This document shows positions 19,172 to 28,662 of a stretch of DNA of 64,000 nucleotides, in pieces. Each line of letters opens with the position of its first letter. Positions within the stretch are counted from its first letter, which is position 1. The DNA lies in contig LBRB01000001.1 in assembly GCA_000991185.1 (NCBI GenBank), positions 4,080 to 68,079 on the forward strand, given 5' to 3'. This DNA comes from Berkelbacteria bacterium GW2011_GWA2_35_9 (GTDB lineage: Bacteria; Patescibacteriota; UBA1384; GWA2-35-9). The notes under the pieces were generated by a model. That model ran no database searches. It had not been told where the DNA came from and saw only the letters and a list, made by a program, of their open reading frames with translations. A program made the position numbers and the translations under genes.

Positions 19172-21790
19172 TCATCCGCATTCCGAATGTCCGCAAGAGA
19201 GGCAGAGTTTACAACCTTCTATTCTTTGATACGTAGCTTGTCCACAAGATGGGCAGAGATCAGAGGAAGTTTTGCTTTGAGACAGTTTACCGGTCGAGAT
19301 TAAACTGGCTTGATGAGCGGTTGGATTGTCTGAGCCATTTGAGATATTGTAGTGACTTTCTAAGACTTGACTAATTGCATCCGGCAAGCTCATAACTCTA
19401 TTTTTTCCAAACCCAATACTATTCGATCCTCCAATACTGTGGAGTTGGTTTATGATATATCTAATCCTTTCGTCCCCAGTCACATTTGACGAAAGTCTTA
19501 AGAAAAGAGAAATCAACCTTCCCAATGCTTCTGCCATTGCCTTGATGTCACTCCCCGCTTTTCCAATTTCAACAAATACCTCAAACGGATTGCCTTTCTC
19601 ATCGTCATTCATTGTGACAAAGGCAGTGCCGGTGGGAGTTTTTTTACTGACAGTTGCCCCATGGAGTGTTTCTGGACGGGGGCGGATTGGTTTTTCATCA
19701 ACAGTAGTTTTTACTTCTTTATCGTCCTTTTTTAGCGACAAAATTTGTTCGTCTCGAGAGCCATCTCGATAAATTGTTCCACCCTTACAACCCAAATCGT
19801 AAAGTAATTCGTAAAGTTTTTTTGTATCTTCTAAGGTGTAATTATTCGGCGTATTGCAAGTTTTTGAAATACTTGAATCCACCCACTTTTGGATTGCCGC
19901 TTGAACCCTAACATGATCTTCTGGAGTCATGTCCATGGCGGTTGTAAAGTAATCAGGCAGTTTTTCGTCTTTATGGTTTCGTTTCCAATCTTCGTAAACT
20001 GCAACTTGTTCATCGTGGATTCCGAGTCGGCTTTTTCTTTGATAAACCCAGCTGTAAAACGGTTCGATGCCGGTTGATGTCCCAACCATAGTTCCGGTTG
20101 TACCGTTCGGAGCTTGGGTTAAAAGTGTAACATTTCGAATTCCATATTTAACCACCAAATCTCTAATTTCTTGAGGCATAGCTTTCATAAAACCACTCTC
20201 GATATGTTTTTCAGCGATAAACTGTGGAAAGGCGCCTTTCTCGATTGCCAAACCGATTGACGCTTTATAGACAATTGTCGTTAAAAACCGATAAAGTTTA
20301 TCGATAAAATCAAGCGATTCTTGGCTTCCGTAGCGGATTTTCTTTTTGATTAAGAGCTCGGCTAGCCCCATCGTATTTAATCCTACTCGGCGCTCGCCTT
20401 GTTGTTGGGTTTTGTTTTCATCCATAAAATATGGAGTGGCGTCAATAATATTATCTAAGAATCGGGTTGAGTATTGAGCCGCAATTTCGAGTCTTTTCCA
20501 ATCTACATCTTGAGTTTCTTTATTATAAAACTTGGCTAGATTGATAGCTCCTAAATTACACACACCAAAGCCGGGCAAACCTTGTTCTCCGCAAGGGTTA
20601 GTCCCGATGATGTTAGCAAAATAATATGAGTTACTCATCTTATTGGTTCTCTCGATGAAAAATAGACCCGGCTCAGCCGATGCCCAAGCTGAACCAATTA
20701 TTTTGTCCCACATTTCTCGAGCTTTGATAGTTTTGTAAATTTTGACTTTCCCACCATTCTTCTCCCACTCATCAATATCTCCATTCCATTCTTTGTTGTA
20801 TTTTTCTTCGCTGAAATCAGGAAATTTCAATTGCCAGTCACCGTCTTTTTTCAATTGATCCATGAATTTATCACTTACGGCAACGGAAATATTAGCATTG
20901 TTAATTTTCCCAGCGACTCGTTTGCTATCAATAAAATCATAAACATCTGGGTGCCAATCGTTGAGCATCAACATGAGAGCGCCTCGACGAGAACCACCTT
21001 GCTCAATCAGTCCAGTCGCAAAAGAGTACAATGCACCCCAAGAAACCGAACCAGACGATCTACCATTTACACCTTTGACATAAGCGTGTTTAGGTCGGAG
21101 GGTTGAGATATTTATTCCGACCCCCCCGCCTCGAGAAAATATTTCAGTCATAATTCCGAGAGTTTTAATTATCCCCTCTCTCGAATCTCGAGGAGATGGA
21201 ATTACATAACAGTTATAGTAAGTTAATTTTTGATTAGTTCCAGCAGCAGCCAAAATCCTTCCTGCTGGTACAAATTTCCAGTCGTCCAGTAGCCAACGGA
21301 ATTTCTTTTGCCAACTAACTTGCAGTTCTTTAGTTTTTTCTACTTTCGAAACCCCTTGTGAAATTCGATCCAACATTTGATCAGGAATTGTTTCGCTTGG
21401 TATGTCGATATCAGTAATCTCACTTTCCACCATCGTTCCGTCGTAAAGTTTAATTGAAACTTTACTATTAGTTAAGAATTTTTCAATATGTCCAATTTCT
21501 TTTTGTCTGGTATTGATATCAACACAGACGATTGCCTTATCTCCAACATTCAAATTGGTTTTAGATGCGTCTTTGAGAGCGTAACGGTCCAAAAATATTT
21601 TCTCTCCCAGTTCGCCTAGTTCAGTTGATCCAATAATATCTAATTTAAAATCTGGTTTACGATTTAAATTAAGATGAGGGTCGATTTGAGGTGCAGGATT
21701 TTGCTTTATGGTAGTTGGTTTATTATTAAAACCTTTATTGTTTTTCGACACTATTTCGATAGGCTTTAAGCCAAAATCGCTATTATTCAT
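19172..21790 (-). CDS. nrdJ: Class II (adenosylcobalamin-dependent) ribonucleotide reductase with C-terminal zinc ribbon
   Basis: 872 aa; active-site NPCGEQ, thiyl-radical loop, C-terminal CPSCGQATYQRIEGCKLCLSCGHSECG; RBS aaggaggg. Confidence 0.85.
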   Translation of the reverse strand: MNNSDFGLKPIEIVSKNNKGFNNKPTTIKQNPAPQIDPHLNLNRKPDFKLDIIGSTELGELGEKIFLDRYALKDASKTNLNVGDKAIVCVDINTRQKEIGHIEKFLTNSKVSIKLYDGTMVESEITDIDIPSETIPDQMLDRISQGVSKVEKTKELQVSWQKKFRWLLDDWKFVPAGRILAAAGTNQKLTYYNCYVIPSPRDSREGIIKTLGIMTEIFSRGGGVGINISTLRPKHAYVKGVNGRSSGSVSWGALYSFATGLIEQGGSRRGALMLMLNDWHPDVYDFIDSKRVAGKINNANISVAVSDKFMDQLKKDGDWQLKFPDFSEEKYNKEWNGDIDEWEKNGGKVKIYKTIKAREMWDKIIGSAWASAEPGLFFIERTNKMSNSYYFANIIGTNPCGEQGLPGFGVCNLGAINLAKFYNKETQDVDWKRLEIAAQYSTRFLDNIIDATPYFMDENKTQQQGERRVGLNTMGLAELLIKKKIRYGSQESLDFIDKLYRFLTTIVYKASIGLAIEKGAFPQFIAEKHIESGFMKAMPQEIRDLVVKYGIRNVTLLTQAPNGTTGTMVGTSTGIEPFYSWVYQRKSRLGIHDEQVAVYEDWKRNHKDEKLPDYFTTAMDMTPEDHVRVQAAIQKWVDSSISKTCNTPNNYTLEDTKKLYELLYDLGCKGGTIYRDGSRDEQILSLKKDDKEVKTTVDEKPIRPRPETLHGATVSKKTPTGTAFVTMNDDEKGNPFEVFVEIGKAGSDIKAMAEALGRLISLFLRLSSNVTGDERIRYIINQLHSIGGSNSIGFGKNRVMSLPDAISQVLESHYNISNGSDNPTAHQASLISTGKLSQSKTSSDLCPSCGQATYQRIEGCKLCLSCGHSECG

Positions 21791-21910
21791 ACTACCCTCC
21801 TTTTTTATTATTTTTTAGTGTATTACTATTTGTAGTACGAAAAAAAATGGCTGTCAAGTCCTACTCAGTAGACACAAAATTAGTTCTTAATTAGTTCGTA
21901 ATTATCGAGA

Positions 21911-23014
21911 TTATTTCAACTTTCGTCTAATAAATGCTGGTACTTCCATATCATCTTCTTCGGTTTCATCTTCTTCCAGCATAGGTGTATTTTGGATAAA
22001 TGGTTCGCTTTCCTCAATTTTAATACTTGGTTGGTAAACTTTTGGTTTTAGTTTAATATCATCTCCATAATCAAATCCAGTTGCAATAACGGTAATTTTT
22101 ATTTCACCCGACATTGATTCATCAACAATTGCACCGAATATTATAGTTGCATCTTGATCGGCTGCTTCAGTAATCATTTTAGCCGCTTCGTCAATTTCAT
22201 ACATTGCCATATCTGGTCCACCAGTTATGTTAAAGAGAATACCCTTGGCACCTTCAATTGATAAATCTAAAAGCGGAGATTCAATGGCAGCTTTAGCTGC
22301 TTCAGCACTACGATTATCGCCAGACGATCTGCCAATCCCCATCAAAGCCGAACCAGCATCTTTCATGATTGTTTTAACATCAGCAAAGTCGACATTAATT
22401 ATTCCGTGTACAGTAATTAAATCAGTTATTCCTTGAACACCTTGTCGAAGAACATCATCAACGACCAAAAAAGCATCTCTCAAAGAGGTTTTTTTATCAA
22501 TAACTTGAAGTAATCGATCGTTCGGAATTGTAATTAAGGTATCAACCTTATCCTTTAGTTCCTCAATACCCAATTCGGCAACTTTTTTTCTTTTCAGTCC
22601 TTCGAATGAAAAAGGCTTGGTGACAACGGCAACTGTCAACGAACCCAGCTCTCGTGCGATCTGAGCGACTTGCGAAGACGCTCCTGTTCCGGTTCCGCCA
22701 CCCATTCCACAAGTAACAAAAACCATATCAGAACCTTTTAATGCCTCATACACTTCATCCTTATTCTCTTCAATTGCTTTTTTTCCAATGTCCAAATCAG
22801 CTCCAGCTCCTAATCCACGAGTCAATTCTTTACCAATTTGAATTTTTGTTGGAGAACTATTGTTTGCCAAAGTTTGCGCATCGGTATTGATGGCAATGAA
22901 CTCAACTCCTCGAAGTTTTGATTGAATCATTCTTTCGATTGAGTTGTTTCCTGACCCGCCGACTCCGACAACCCGGATGACGGCAAATGTTTCTAATGGG
23001 GATTCATTTATCAT
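21911..23014 (-). CDS. ftsZ: Cell division GTPase FtsZ
   Basis: 367 aa; GVGGSGNN and tubulin signature [11 protein letters not shown]. Confidence 0.95.
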   Translation of the reverse strand: MINESPLETFAVIRVVGVGGSGNNSIERMIQSKLRGVEFIAINTDAQTLANNSSPTKIQIGKELTRGLGAGADLDIGKKAIEENKDEVYEALKGSDMVFVTCGMGGGTGTGASSQVAQIARELGSLTVAVVTKPFSFEGLKRKKVAELGIEELKDKVDTLITIPNDRLLQVIDKKTSLRDAFLVVDDVLRQGVQGITDLITVHGIINVDFADVKTIMKDAGSALMGIGRSSGDNRSAEAAKAAIESPLLDLSIEGAKGILFNITGGPDMAMYEIDEAAKMITEAADQDATIIFGAIVDESMSGEIKITVIATGFDYGDDIKLKPKVYQPSIKIEESEPFIQNTPMLEEDETEEDDMEVPAFIRRKLK

Positions 23015-23125
23015 AATAACCTCTCCTTAACTATCTCCCCTCCCTTTTATTCTTTAAAATGATTATTAAACAAAAAAATATATTTGTCAAATCTGAATAA
23101 ATAATATTGCTATATTTTTATAAAA

Positions 23126-24364
23126 TTAAGGTAAAAATTTCTGTAGCCAACCTTTAGCGGTAGACAAGATATCGGTGACATTACCCTTGGGCAAACTGAA
23201 TGAAAATCCTCCATTACCAAGTTGGTCATAACCATCAAGCATTAAACCTAAAGCGGTTGAATAATCTGGGTCATCCAGATTATTGACGGAACCAGAAATT
23301 TCCAAATTAGGTTTACCAATTTGAGCCGGTAGTTGGAGTTCGTGTTTAGCTAATTCGATAATACCATCCAAATTAGCGCCACCTCCAGTGAAAACAATTC
23401 CGGCTGGAAGTAATCCATCTTTATTAATATTTCTTAATTCTTTGATAATTATTTCAAATATTTCTTTTACTCGTGCTTCAATAATTTCACTTAAAAATTT
23501 TCTATCATAAACATTATCATCATCAGGATCAAATTTATTCATATGAATTTTTTCTGTTGATTTGACTTTTTCTACATCAGCAGTTCCATATTTAATTTTG
23601 ATTTGTTCAGCATTTTCTAATGAAGTTTTTAAACCCCTTGCAATATCGTTAGTGATACTGACTGAGCCAAGAGGAATAATAGCTGAGTGGACCATATCTT
23701 TTTCTTCATAAACAGCGATAGAGGTTGTTCCTCCACCCAGATCAACTAATATAACACCCGTTTCTTTCTGTTTTTTATCTAATAAAGCATGACCAGTCGC
23801 AAGGGGTGAAAAAAGCAAACCGTCAAGAGTAATTCCAGCTTGTGAAACTGAACGAGTTAAATTTCTAATTGAGTTTGAACTACCAGCGACAATTAAACTT
23901 TCAACTTCTAATCTAACACCGGTTAAACCAATTGGATCTTTAGTTTCTTCTTGACCATCAATTATAAAATATTTTGGAATAACATGGATAATTTCTTTAT
24001 TAGCTGGTAAAGCAATTACTCTTGAGGTTTCAATCACACGGTCAATATCTACTTGAGTTATCTCTCCGTTTGGTTTAGAAACAGCGACCGTTCCCCTCGA
24101 TACAAGAGTTGAAATATGAGCTCCCCCAATACCTACAAAAGCATTAGAAATTTGGGTTTGACATTCTTGCTCAGCTAATTGAAGCACACTAGAAATAGCG
24201 GATACAGTATCGTCCAAGTCAATAATCTCGCCCTTTCTCATACCCGAGTTGATGGTCTTAACTAATGAGGTTACAGTAAGAATTCCTTCTCTTACTTCTC
24301 CAACACAGACGGCGATTTTAGTCGTTCCGATATCAATACCTACAATTGGATTACTTTTATTCAT
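23126..24364 (-). CDS. ftsA: Cell division protein FtsA
   Basis: 412 aa; actin-fold motifs IVGIDIGTTKIAV, DLGGGTTSIAVY. Confidence 0.9.
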   Translation of the reverse strand: MNKSNPIVGIDIGTTKIAVCVGEVREGILTVTSLVKTINSGMRKGEIIDLDDTVSAISSVLQLAEQECQTQISNAFVGIGGAHISTLVSRGTVAVSKPNGEITQVDIDRVIETSRVIALPANKEIIHVIPKYFIIDGQEETKDPIGLTGVRLEVESLIVAGSSNSIRNLTRSVSQAGITLDGLLFSPLATGHALLDKKQKETGVILVDLGGGTTSIAVYEEKDMVHSAIIPLGSVSITNDIARGLKTSLENAEQIKIKYGTADVEKVKSTEKIHMNKFDPDDDNVYDRKFLSEIIEARVKEIFEIIIKELRNINKDGLLPAGIVFTGGGANLDGIIELAKHELQLPAQIGKPNLEISGSVNNLDDPDYSTALGLMLDGYDQLGNGGFSFSLPKGNVTDILSTAKGWLQKFLP

Positions 24365-24601
24365 TGATTATAAATACACAAAAATTTTAGTTTTATTAAA
24401 ACTGTGGATAATTAAATTGTCATTTAAAATTATATCACAGATATAATTATCTTCCATACGATTATGATTCGTAAAATAAATTTCTACTCTAAATAATGTG
24501 TTACTATTAGTAATATAAAATAAATCAAAGAAAAATTTATAATAAAACAAATATAAAGTAAATAACATCAATAATTACTGATGCTATAAGAAAGGAGATA
24601 A

Positions 24602-25678
24602 ATGTCAATTGACAAAGAAGGTATGGTTAGTAGTATAAAGAAGTTAGACACTCAGAATATGATCTCTTCTATTGAAGAAATGCCTTTACAGGTACAAGAA
24701 GCATGGGGGCAAGCCCAAAATATTAAACTTGATTACAGAGCAAAAAATATTAAAAATATATTAGTCGCTGGTATGGGTGGGTCAGCACTTGGGGCTAGAA
24801 TTATCAAGGCACTATTTCAAAAAGAACTTAAGGTCCCAATTGATATATATAATGATTATTCGATCCCGGCTTTTGTTAACAAAGACACACTATTTATTGC
24901 TTCGAGTTACTCAGGGGACACTGAAGAAACACTTGACGCATTAGAAAAGGCTATAATTAAAACCAAGATGATTATCTCAATTGGATCAGGCGGAAAACTA
25001 ATAGAAAGATCAAAAGAACTTAATATTCCCTTCTACCACATAAAACCAAGCCATAACCCATGCAATCAACCAAGAATGGCAGTTGCTTACTCTATAATTG
25101 GGCAACTAGCTTTTTTTGATAAAATTGGTCTAATTAGCCTAAGTAATGATTGGAACAATAATATTATTAAGTTATTAGAGAGTAATAATAATAATTATTC
25201 ACTAAAAATTAATCCCAATCATAACTTAACTCAAGAACTTGCGGCTAAGATATACGGAAAAATACCTGTCATTGTATCGTCGGAGCATCTTGTTGGAGCA
25301 ATATACACATCACGCAATCAATTCAATGAGAACAGTAAAAATTATGCTGATTACCACATCATCCCTGAGCTTAATCACCACATACTTGAAAGTTTAAGCT
25401 TCCCGAAATCCAACTCCAAAAACTTAGTTATAGTTATTATTAACTCTAAGTTTTTTGATAAAAGGAACCAAAAAAGATTAAAAATTACCAGTGAAATTGC
25501 AATAAAAAATAAGATTGAAGTTGAGTACGTTAATCTTTTTGGTGAGACAAAGGTCGAGGAAGTGTTTGAATCAATTCACTTTTTTGCATATGTGATATAT
25601 TACCTTGCTATGTTAAACGGCTGTGATCCATCTTTTATTCCGTGGGTAGATCTATTTAAGAAAAAAATGAAAAAATAA
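24602..25678 (+). CDS. Bifunctional phosphoglucose/phosphomannose isomerase (SIS domain), copy 1
   Basis: 358 aa; VAGMGGSALGA and SYSGDTEET SIS motifs; upstream of manC. Confidence 0.75.
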   Translation: MSIDKEGMVSSIKKLDTQNMISSIEEMPLQVQEAWGQAQNIKLDYRAKNIKNILVAGMGGSALGARIIKALFQKELKVPIDIYNDYSIPAFVNKDTLFIASSYSGDTEETLDALEKAIIKTKMIISIGSGGKLIERSKELNIPFYHIKPSHNPCNQPRMAVAYSIIGQLAFFDKIGLISLSNDWNNNIIKLLESNNNNYSLKINPNHNLTQELAAKIYGKIPVIVSSEHLVGAIYTSRNQFNENSKNYADYHIIPELNHHILESLSFPKSNSKNLVIVIINSKFFDKRNQKRLKITSEIAIKNKIEVEYVNLFGETKVEEVFESIHFFAYVIYYLAMLNGCDPSFIPWVDLFKKKMKK

Positions 25679-25707
25679 TAAAAACAAAAGCAGATAGAAT
25701 AAATATT

Positions 25708-26790
25708 ATGAAAAACAATCATTACATATTAATTGTAGCGGGCGGGACCGGAACACGGCTTTATCCGAGATCTCGTGAAGCTAAACCAAAACAATTTCAA
25801 AAAATATTTGGCAACAAAACACTTTTAGAACAGACTTATTTACGCTCAAAGAAAATAGTTGGAAAAAATAATATTTTTATTTCGACCAATGAAAAATATG
25901 TTAATATTACAAAAAAATTTCTTCCTGAGATTAATTCAAAACAAATTATATCTGAACCGTGCAAAAAAAATACGGCTCCAGCTATATCGTTAGCGGTTGC
26001 AAAAATTTATCAATCGGATCCAAGCGCAATTATTGCGAGTATACATTCTGATCATATTGTATTAAAGGAAGATGCTTTCAAAGATGTTATTAATCTAGCC
26101 TTTGATTCGATTGAGATTGAAAAGGATATTATTTTTACTATTGGGATCAAACCAACCCATGCTCATACTGGTTATGGATATATCGAAAAAGGAAAACTGA
26201 AGAAAGAAATTGATAATTTTAAAATTTTTTGGGCAGAAAAATTTGTTGAAAAACCCAACCATCAAACCGCAGAGAAGTATTTTAAAACCGGAAGATTTGA
26301 TTGGAACGCTGGTTATTTTATTTTTGATGCCAAACATTATTTGGATGAATTAAAAAAATACGCACTAAAATTATCCAAAGGAATTAATAAAATAGTCAAA
26401 GACAAAAATAATTTAAAAACAATTTACGAGAAGTTTGAAAGCGAGCCAGTTGATACGGTTATTATGGAAAGAACCGATAAAATTGCAGTTATCCCAGTTG
26501 ATCTTGGCTGGTCCGATGTTGGTAGTTGGGATAGCGTTTCTCAACTTTTTGAAAATGATACCGATGATGGCGATGGTAATTATTTTGAAGGATTGGTTTC
26601 GTTAGTTGATACAAAAAATTCAATGGTGCTTAATGAAAGTGGTAATAAATTGATTGCTACAATTGGTCTTGAAGATATTATTGTTGTCAGTAGTGAAGAT
26701 GCTATTTTAATTGTTAAAAAAGGTAAAAGTGAAGAAGTTAAACAGATCGTTGAAGAACTCAAAGAAAAAAGAAAACATCATTTGGTCTAA
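25708..26790 (+). CDS. manC: Mannose-1-phosphate guanylyltransferase (GDP-mannose pyrophosphorylase)
   Basis: 360 aa; nucleotidyltransferase motif ILIVAGGTGTRLYPRSREAKPKQF. Confidence 0.8.
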   Translation: MKNNHYILIVAGGTGTRLYPRSREAKPKQFQKIFGNKTLLEQTYLRSKKIVGKNNIFISTNEKYVNITKKFLPEINSKQIISEPCKKNTAPAISLAVAKIYQSDPSAIIASIHSDHIVLKEDAFKDVINLAFDSIEIEKDIIFTIGIKPTHAHTGYGYIEKGKLKKEIDNFKIFWAEKFVEKPNHQTAEKYFKTGRFDWNAGYFIFDAKHYLDELKKYALKLSKGINKIVKDKNNLKTIYEKFESEPVDTVIMERTDKIAVIPVDLGWSDVGSWDSVSQLFENDTDDGDGNYFEGLVSLVDTKNSMVLNESGNKLIATIGLEDIIVVSSEDAILIVKKGKSEEVKQIVEELKEKRKHHLV

Positions 26791-27005
26791 TTTTTATGCT
26801 CATCGCTTCGTTGATATGGTAATCCGGGAATATTTAGACAAATAAATCTTGTTGATTATGTACCATATCACTATTTTAGCAATATTAGCAGAATTGTTAT
26901 GTTGGTGTCATATTGAATTTGAGAGCTATAACAGAGGTAACAAACAAAAAAATTGTTCGGCTACTTGTTTGATTTGTGATCCAAGTGCTGGTAAGAATGG
27001 AAAAT

Positions 27006-27037
27006 AGTACTAAATTAACGATCGTTAAACTAGTACT
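27006..27037. repeat. 32-bp near-perfect palindrome AGTACTAAATTAACGATCGTTAAACTAGTACT
   Basis: 15-bp arms with 2 mismatches around CGATCG; followed by AU-rich tract; in intergenic region between manC and rbp. Confidence 0.5.
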
Positions 27038-27101
27038 ATTTATTATTAGACAAAATACAGTAGAAATGATGAGTTGACGATGTGGTCAGTCAGGACGGGA
27101 G

Positions 27102-27130
27102 TTGACATTTGTGTTAGTTTGTGATATCAT
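27102..27130 (+). promoter_or_regulatory. Sigma-70-type promoter: TTGACA-17 bp-TATCAT with TGn extended -10
   Basis: Consensus -35, 17-nt spacer, extended -10 seen directly; predicts ~100-nt leader for the RRM protein gene. Confidence 0.5.
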
Positions 27131-27234
27131 TACAAGTAAAGTAAGTTTTCATAGCGTTTATGTTCTCAAGCTTTATGCGTAGGGACAAGCTAGTTTGAAA
27201 AGGTCGCCTTACGTAATAAAAAAGGAAAAAAAAT

Positions 27235-27525
27235 ATGATTAAGTTATATGTAGGAAATCTTCCATATACCATCAACGACGAAGGCTTGAAGTCTTTATTC
27301 GCTGAAGCTGGAACTATTTCTGAAGCTGTTATTATTAATGACAGAGATTCAGGACGTTCAAAAGGTTTTGGATTCGTTACCTTCGAGAACGATGAAGAAG
27401 GTAAGAAAGCAATTGAAGCTTTCAACGAAAAAGATTTAGAAGGAAGAAAAATAGTTGTTAATGAAGCTCGACCAAGAGAAGAAAGACCACAACGTGATTT
27501 CGGTCACGGTGGTTACAATAGATAA
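27235..27525 (+). CDS. RRM-type RNA-binding protein (glycine-rich tail)
   Basis: 96 aa; RNP-2 LYVGNL and RNP-1 KGFGFVTF motifs. Confidence 0.85.
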   Translation: MIKLYVGNLPYTINDEGLKSLFAEAGTISEAVIINDRDSGRSKGFGFVTFENDEEGKKAIEAFNEKDLEGRKIVVNEARPREERPQRDFGHGGYNR

Positions 27526-27546
27526 GCTATCTATTTATTAACAAAA

Positions 27547-27574
27547 ACAAAAAATGCGCTTCAGCGCATTTTTT
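27547..27574 (+). terminator. Rho-independent terminator aaaaaatgcgc-ttca-gcgcatttttt
   Basis: Perfect hairpin flanked by A-run and T-run (bidirectional). Confidence 0.65.
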
Positions 27575-27586
27575 GATACACATACA

Positions 27587-27625
27587 ACCAACTTTTCCGC
27601 AACCTCCGGGGTTGCGGAAAAGTTG
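27587..27625 (-). terminator. Very stable 17-19-bp hairpin ccaacttttccgcaacc-tccgg-ggttgcggaaaagttgg; terminator of convergent cupin gene
   Basis: Perfect 17-bp inverted repeat seen directly; sits 12 nt beyond cupin stop. Confidence 0.5.
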
Positions 27626-27636
27626 GTTAAGGGGTT

Positions 27637-28029
27637 TTAGAGGGAGGTTTGACCATCAAAATGTTCTTCGCCACTTTCGGCGATTTCTTTAGTTTTGTGG
27701 ACAGTTCCATCTTTGTGGTTGGGAGGTGAATAAACAGTGTAGAGTTTCATTTCATCGGTTCCGGTATTGATGATATTATGTTCAACTCCAGACGGAACAA
27801 CTACTGCAAAACCATCGCTGATCTCTGTTTCTTTACCATCCAGGACAGTTTTTCCGGTTCCTTTATCAACTCGGATAAATTGATCTAATTGATGAACTTC
27901 ACTGCCAATATCCTCCCCCGCTTTTAAGCTCATCACAACCAACTGACTGTGTTTAGCCGTAAACAACACTTTTTGAAAATTATTATTCTCAAGTGTCTCT
28001 TTCTCAATATTTCCAATATATGTGTTCAT
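27637..28029 (-). CDS. Cupin-domain protein
   Basis: 130 aa; cupin motifs G(X)5HxH-like EVHQLDQFIRVDKGTG and PSGVEHNIINTG. Confidence 0.7.
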   Translation of the reverse strand: MNTYIGNIEKETLENNNFQKVLFTAKHSQLVVMSLKAGEDIGSEVHQLDQFIRVDKGTGKTVLDGKETEISDGFAVVVPSGVEHNIINTGTDEMKLYTVYSPPNHKDGTVHKTKEIAESGEEHFDGQTSL

Positions 28030-28049
28030 AAAACCTCCAAATTAATTAT

Positions 28050-28553
28050 TTAGATATCTGAATAATTTTTTCTAACACAACTCCAGCCTCCGTCCTTATA
28101 GCAATTCAAATCGTTATTAGTTTTATTTTCATATTTAAACAAAACTCGATATCCCTGTGAATTGGGTGAATATGGAGTTTGCGGACGATATTGATATCCG
28201 CAATCAGTGTTTAATGGGTTCGAGATAGTCGTTGAAAGATAGCCCGCAGCTACAAGTGGTTGAAGAAAAGTATTGGAAGTTTTCTTATTCCCATGAAATC
28301 CAGTACAATTATCTAATCCGGGGCCTGTTATTGTTGGATAGTAGCCATTATCATTATAATACATCTCAAGTGCAATCGATATTGCTGACATATCAGAATC
28401 AATCTTTGCATTCCTCGCTTTGGCTTGTGCGTTGTCGACACTAACTGTTACAACACCGGCAAGAATACCAATAATCGCAATTACAACTAGCAATTCGATA
28501 AGAGTAAATCCCTTCGAACCTCTAAAAATAAGCCCTTTTTTATTTATTTTCAT
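28050..28553 (-). CDS. Type IV pilin-like / pseudopilin protein (prepilin-type N-terminal cleavage/methylation domain)
   Basis: 167 aa; class III signal KGFTLIELLVVIAIIGILAGV; Cys pair near C-terminus. Confidence 0.75.
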   Translation of the reverse strand: MKINKKGLIFRGSKGFTLIELLVVIAIIGILAGVVTVSVDNAQAKARNAKIDSDMSAISIALEMYYNDNGYYPTITGPGLDNCTGFHGNKKTSNTFLQPLVAAGYLSTTISNPLNTDCGYQYRPQTPYSPNSQGYRVLFKYENKTNNDLNCYKDGGWSCVRKNYSDI

Positions 28554-28662
28554 AATCCTCCTAATAATAATATTTAATATTTATTATTAGTATTATATCA
28601 TATAATTTCTTGGCAACAAAAAATTTGCCTTACTCCTTAACTTTTGATATATTAATATTATT

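Noticed and set aside
21791-21910. Cobalamin riboswitch or NrdR box in nrdJ leader
   Set aside because: Leader is only ~120 nt with no recognisable B12-box or ACACnATATnTnGTGT-type palindrome; only a small CTACT-c-AGTAG inverted repeat.
24368-24571. 67-aa minus-strand ORF in the ftsA/pgi divergent region
   Set aside because: AT-rich promoter region, no RBS, Phe/Tyr/Asn-rich junk-like translation.
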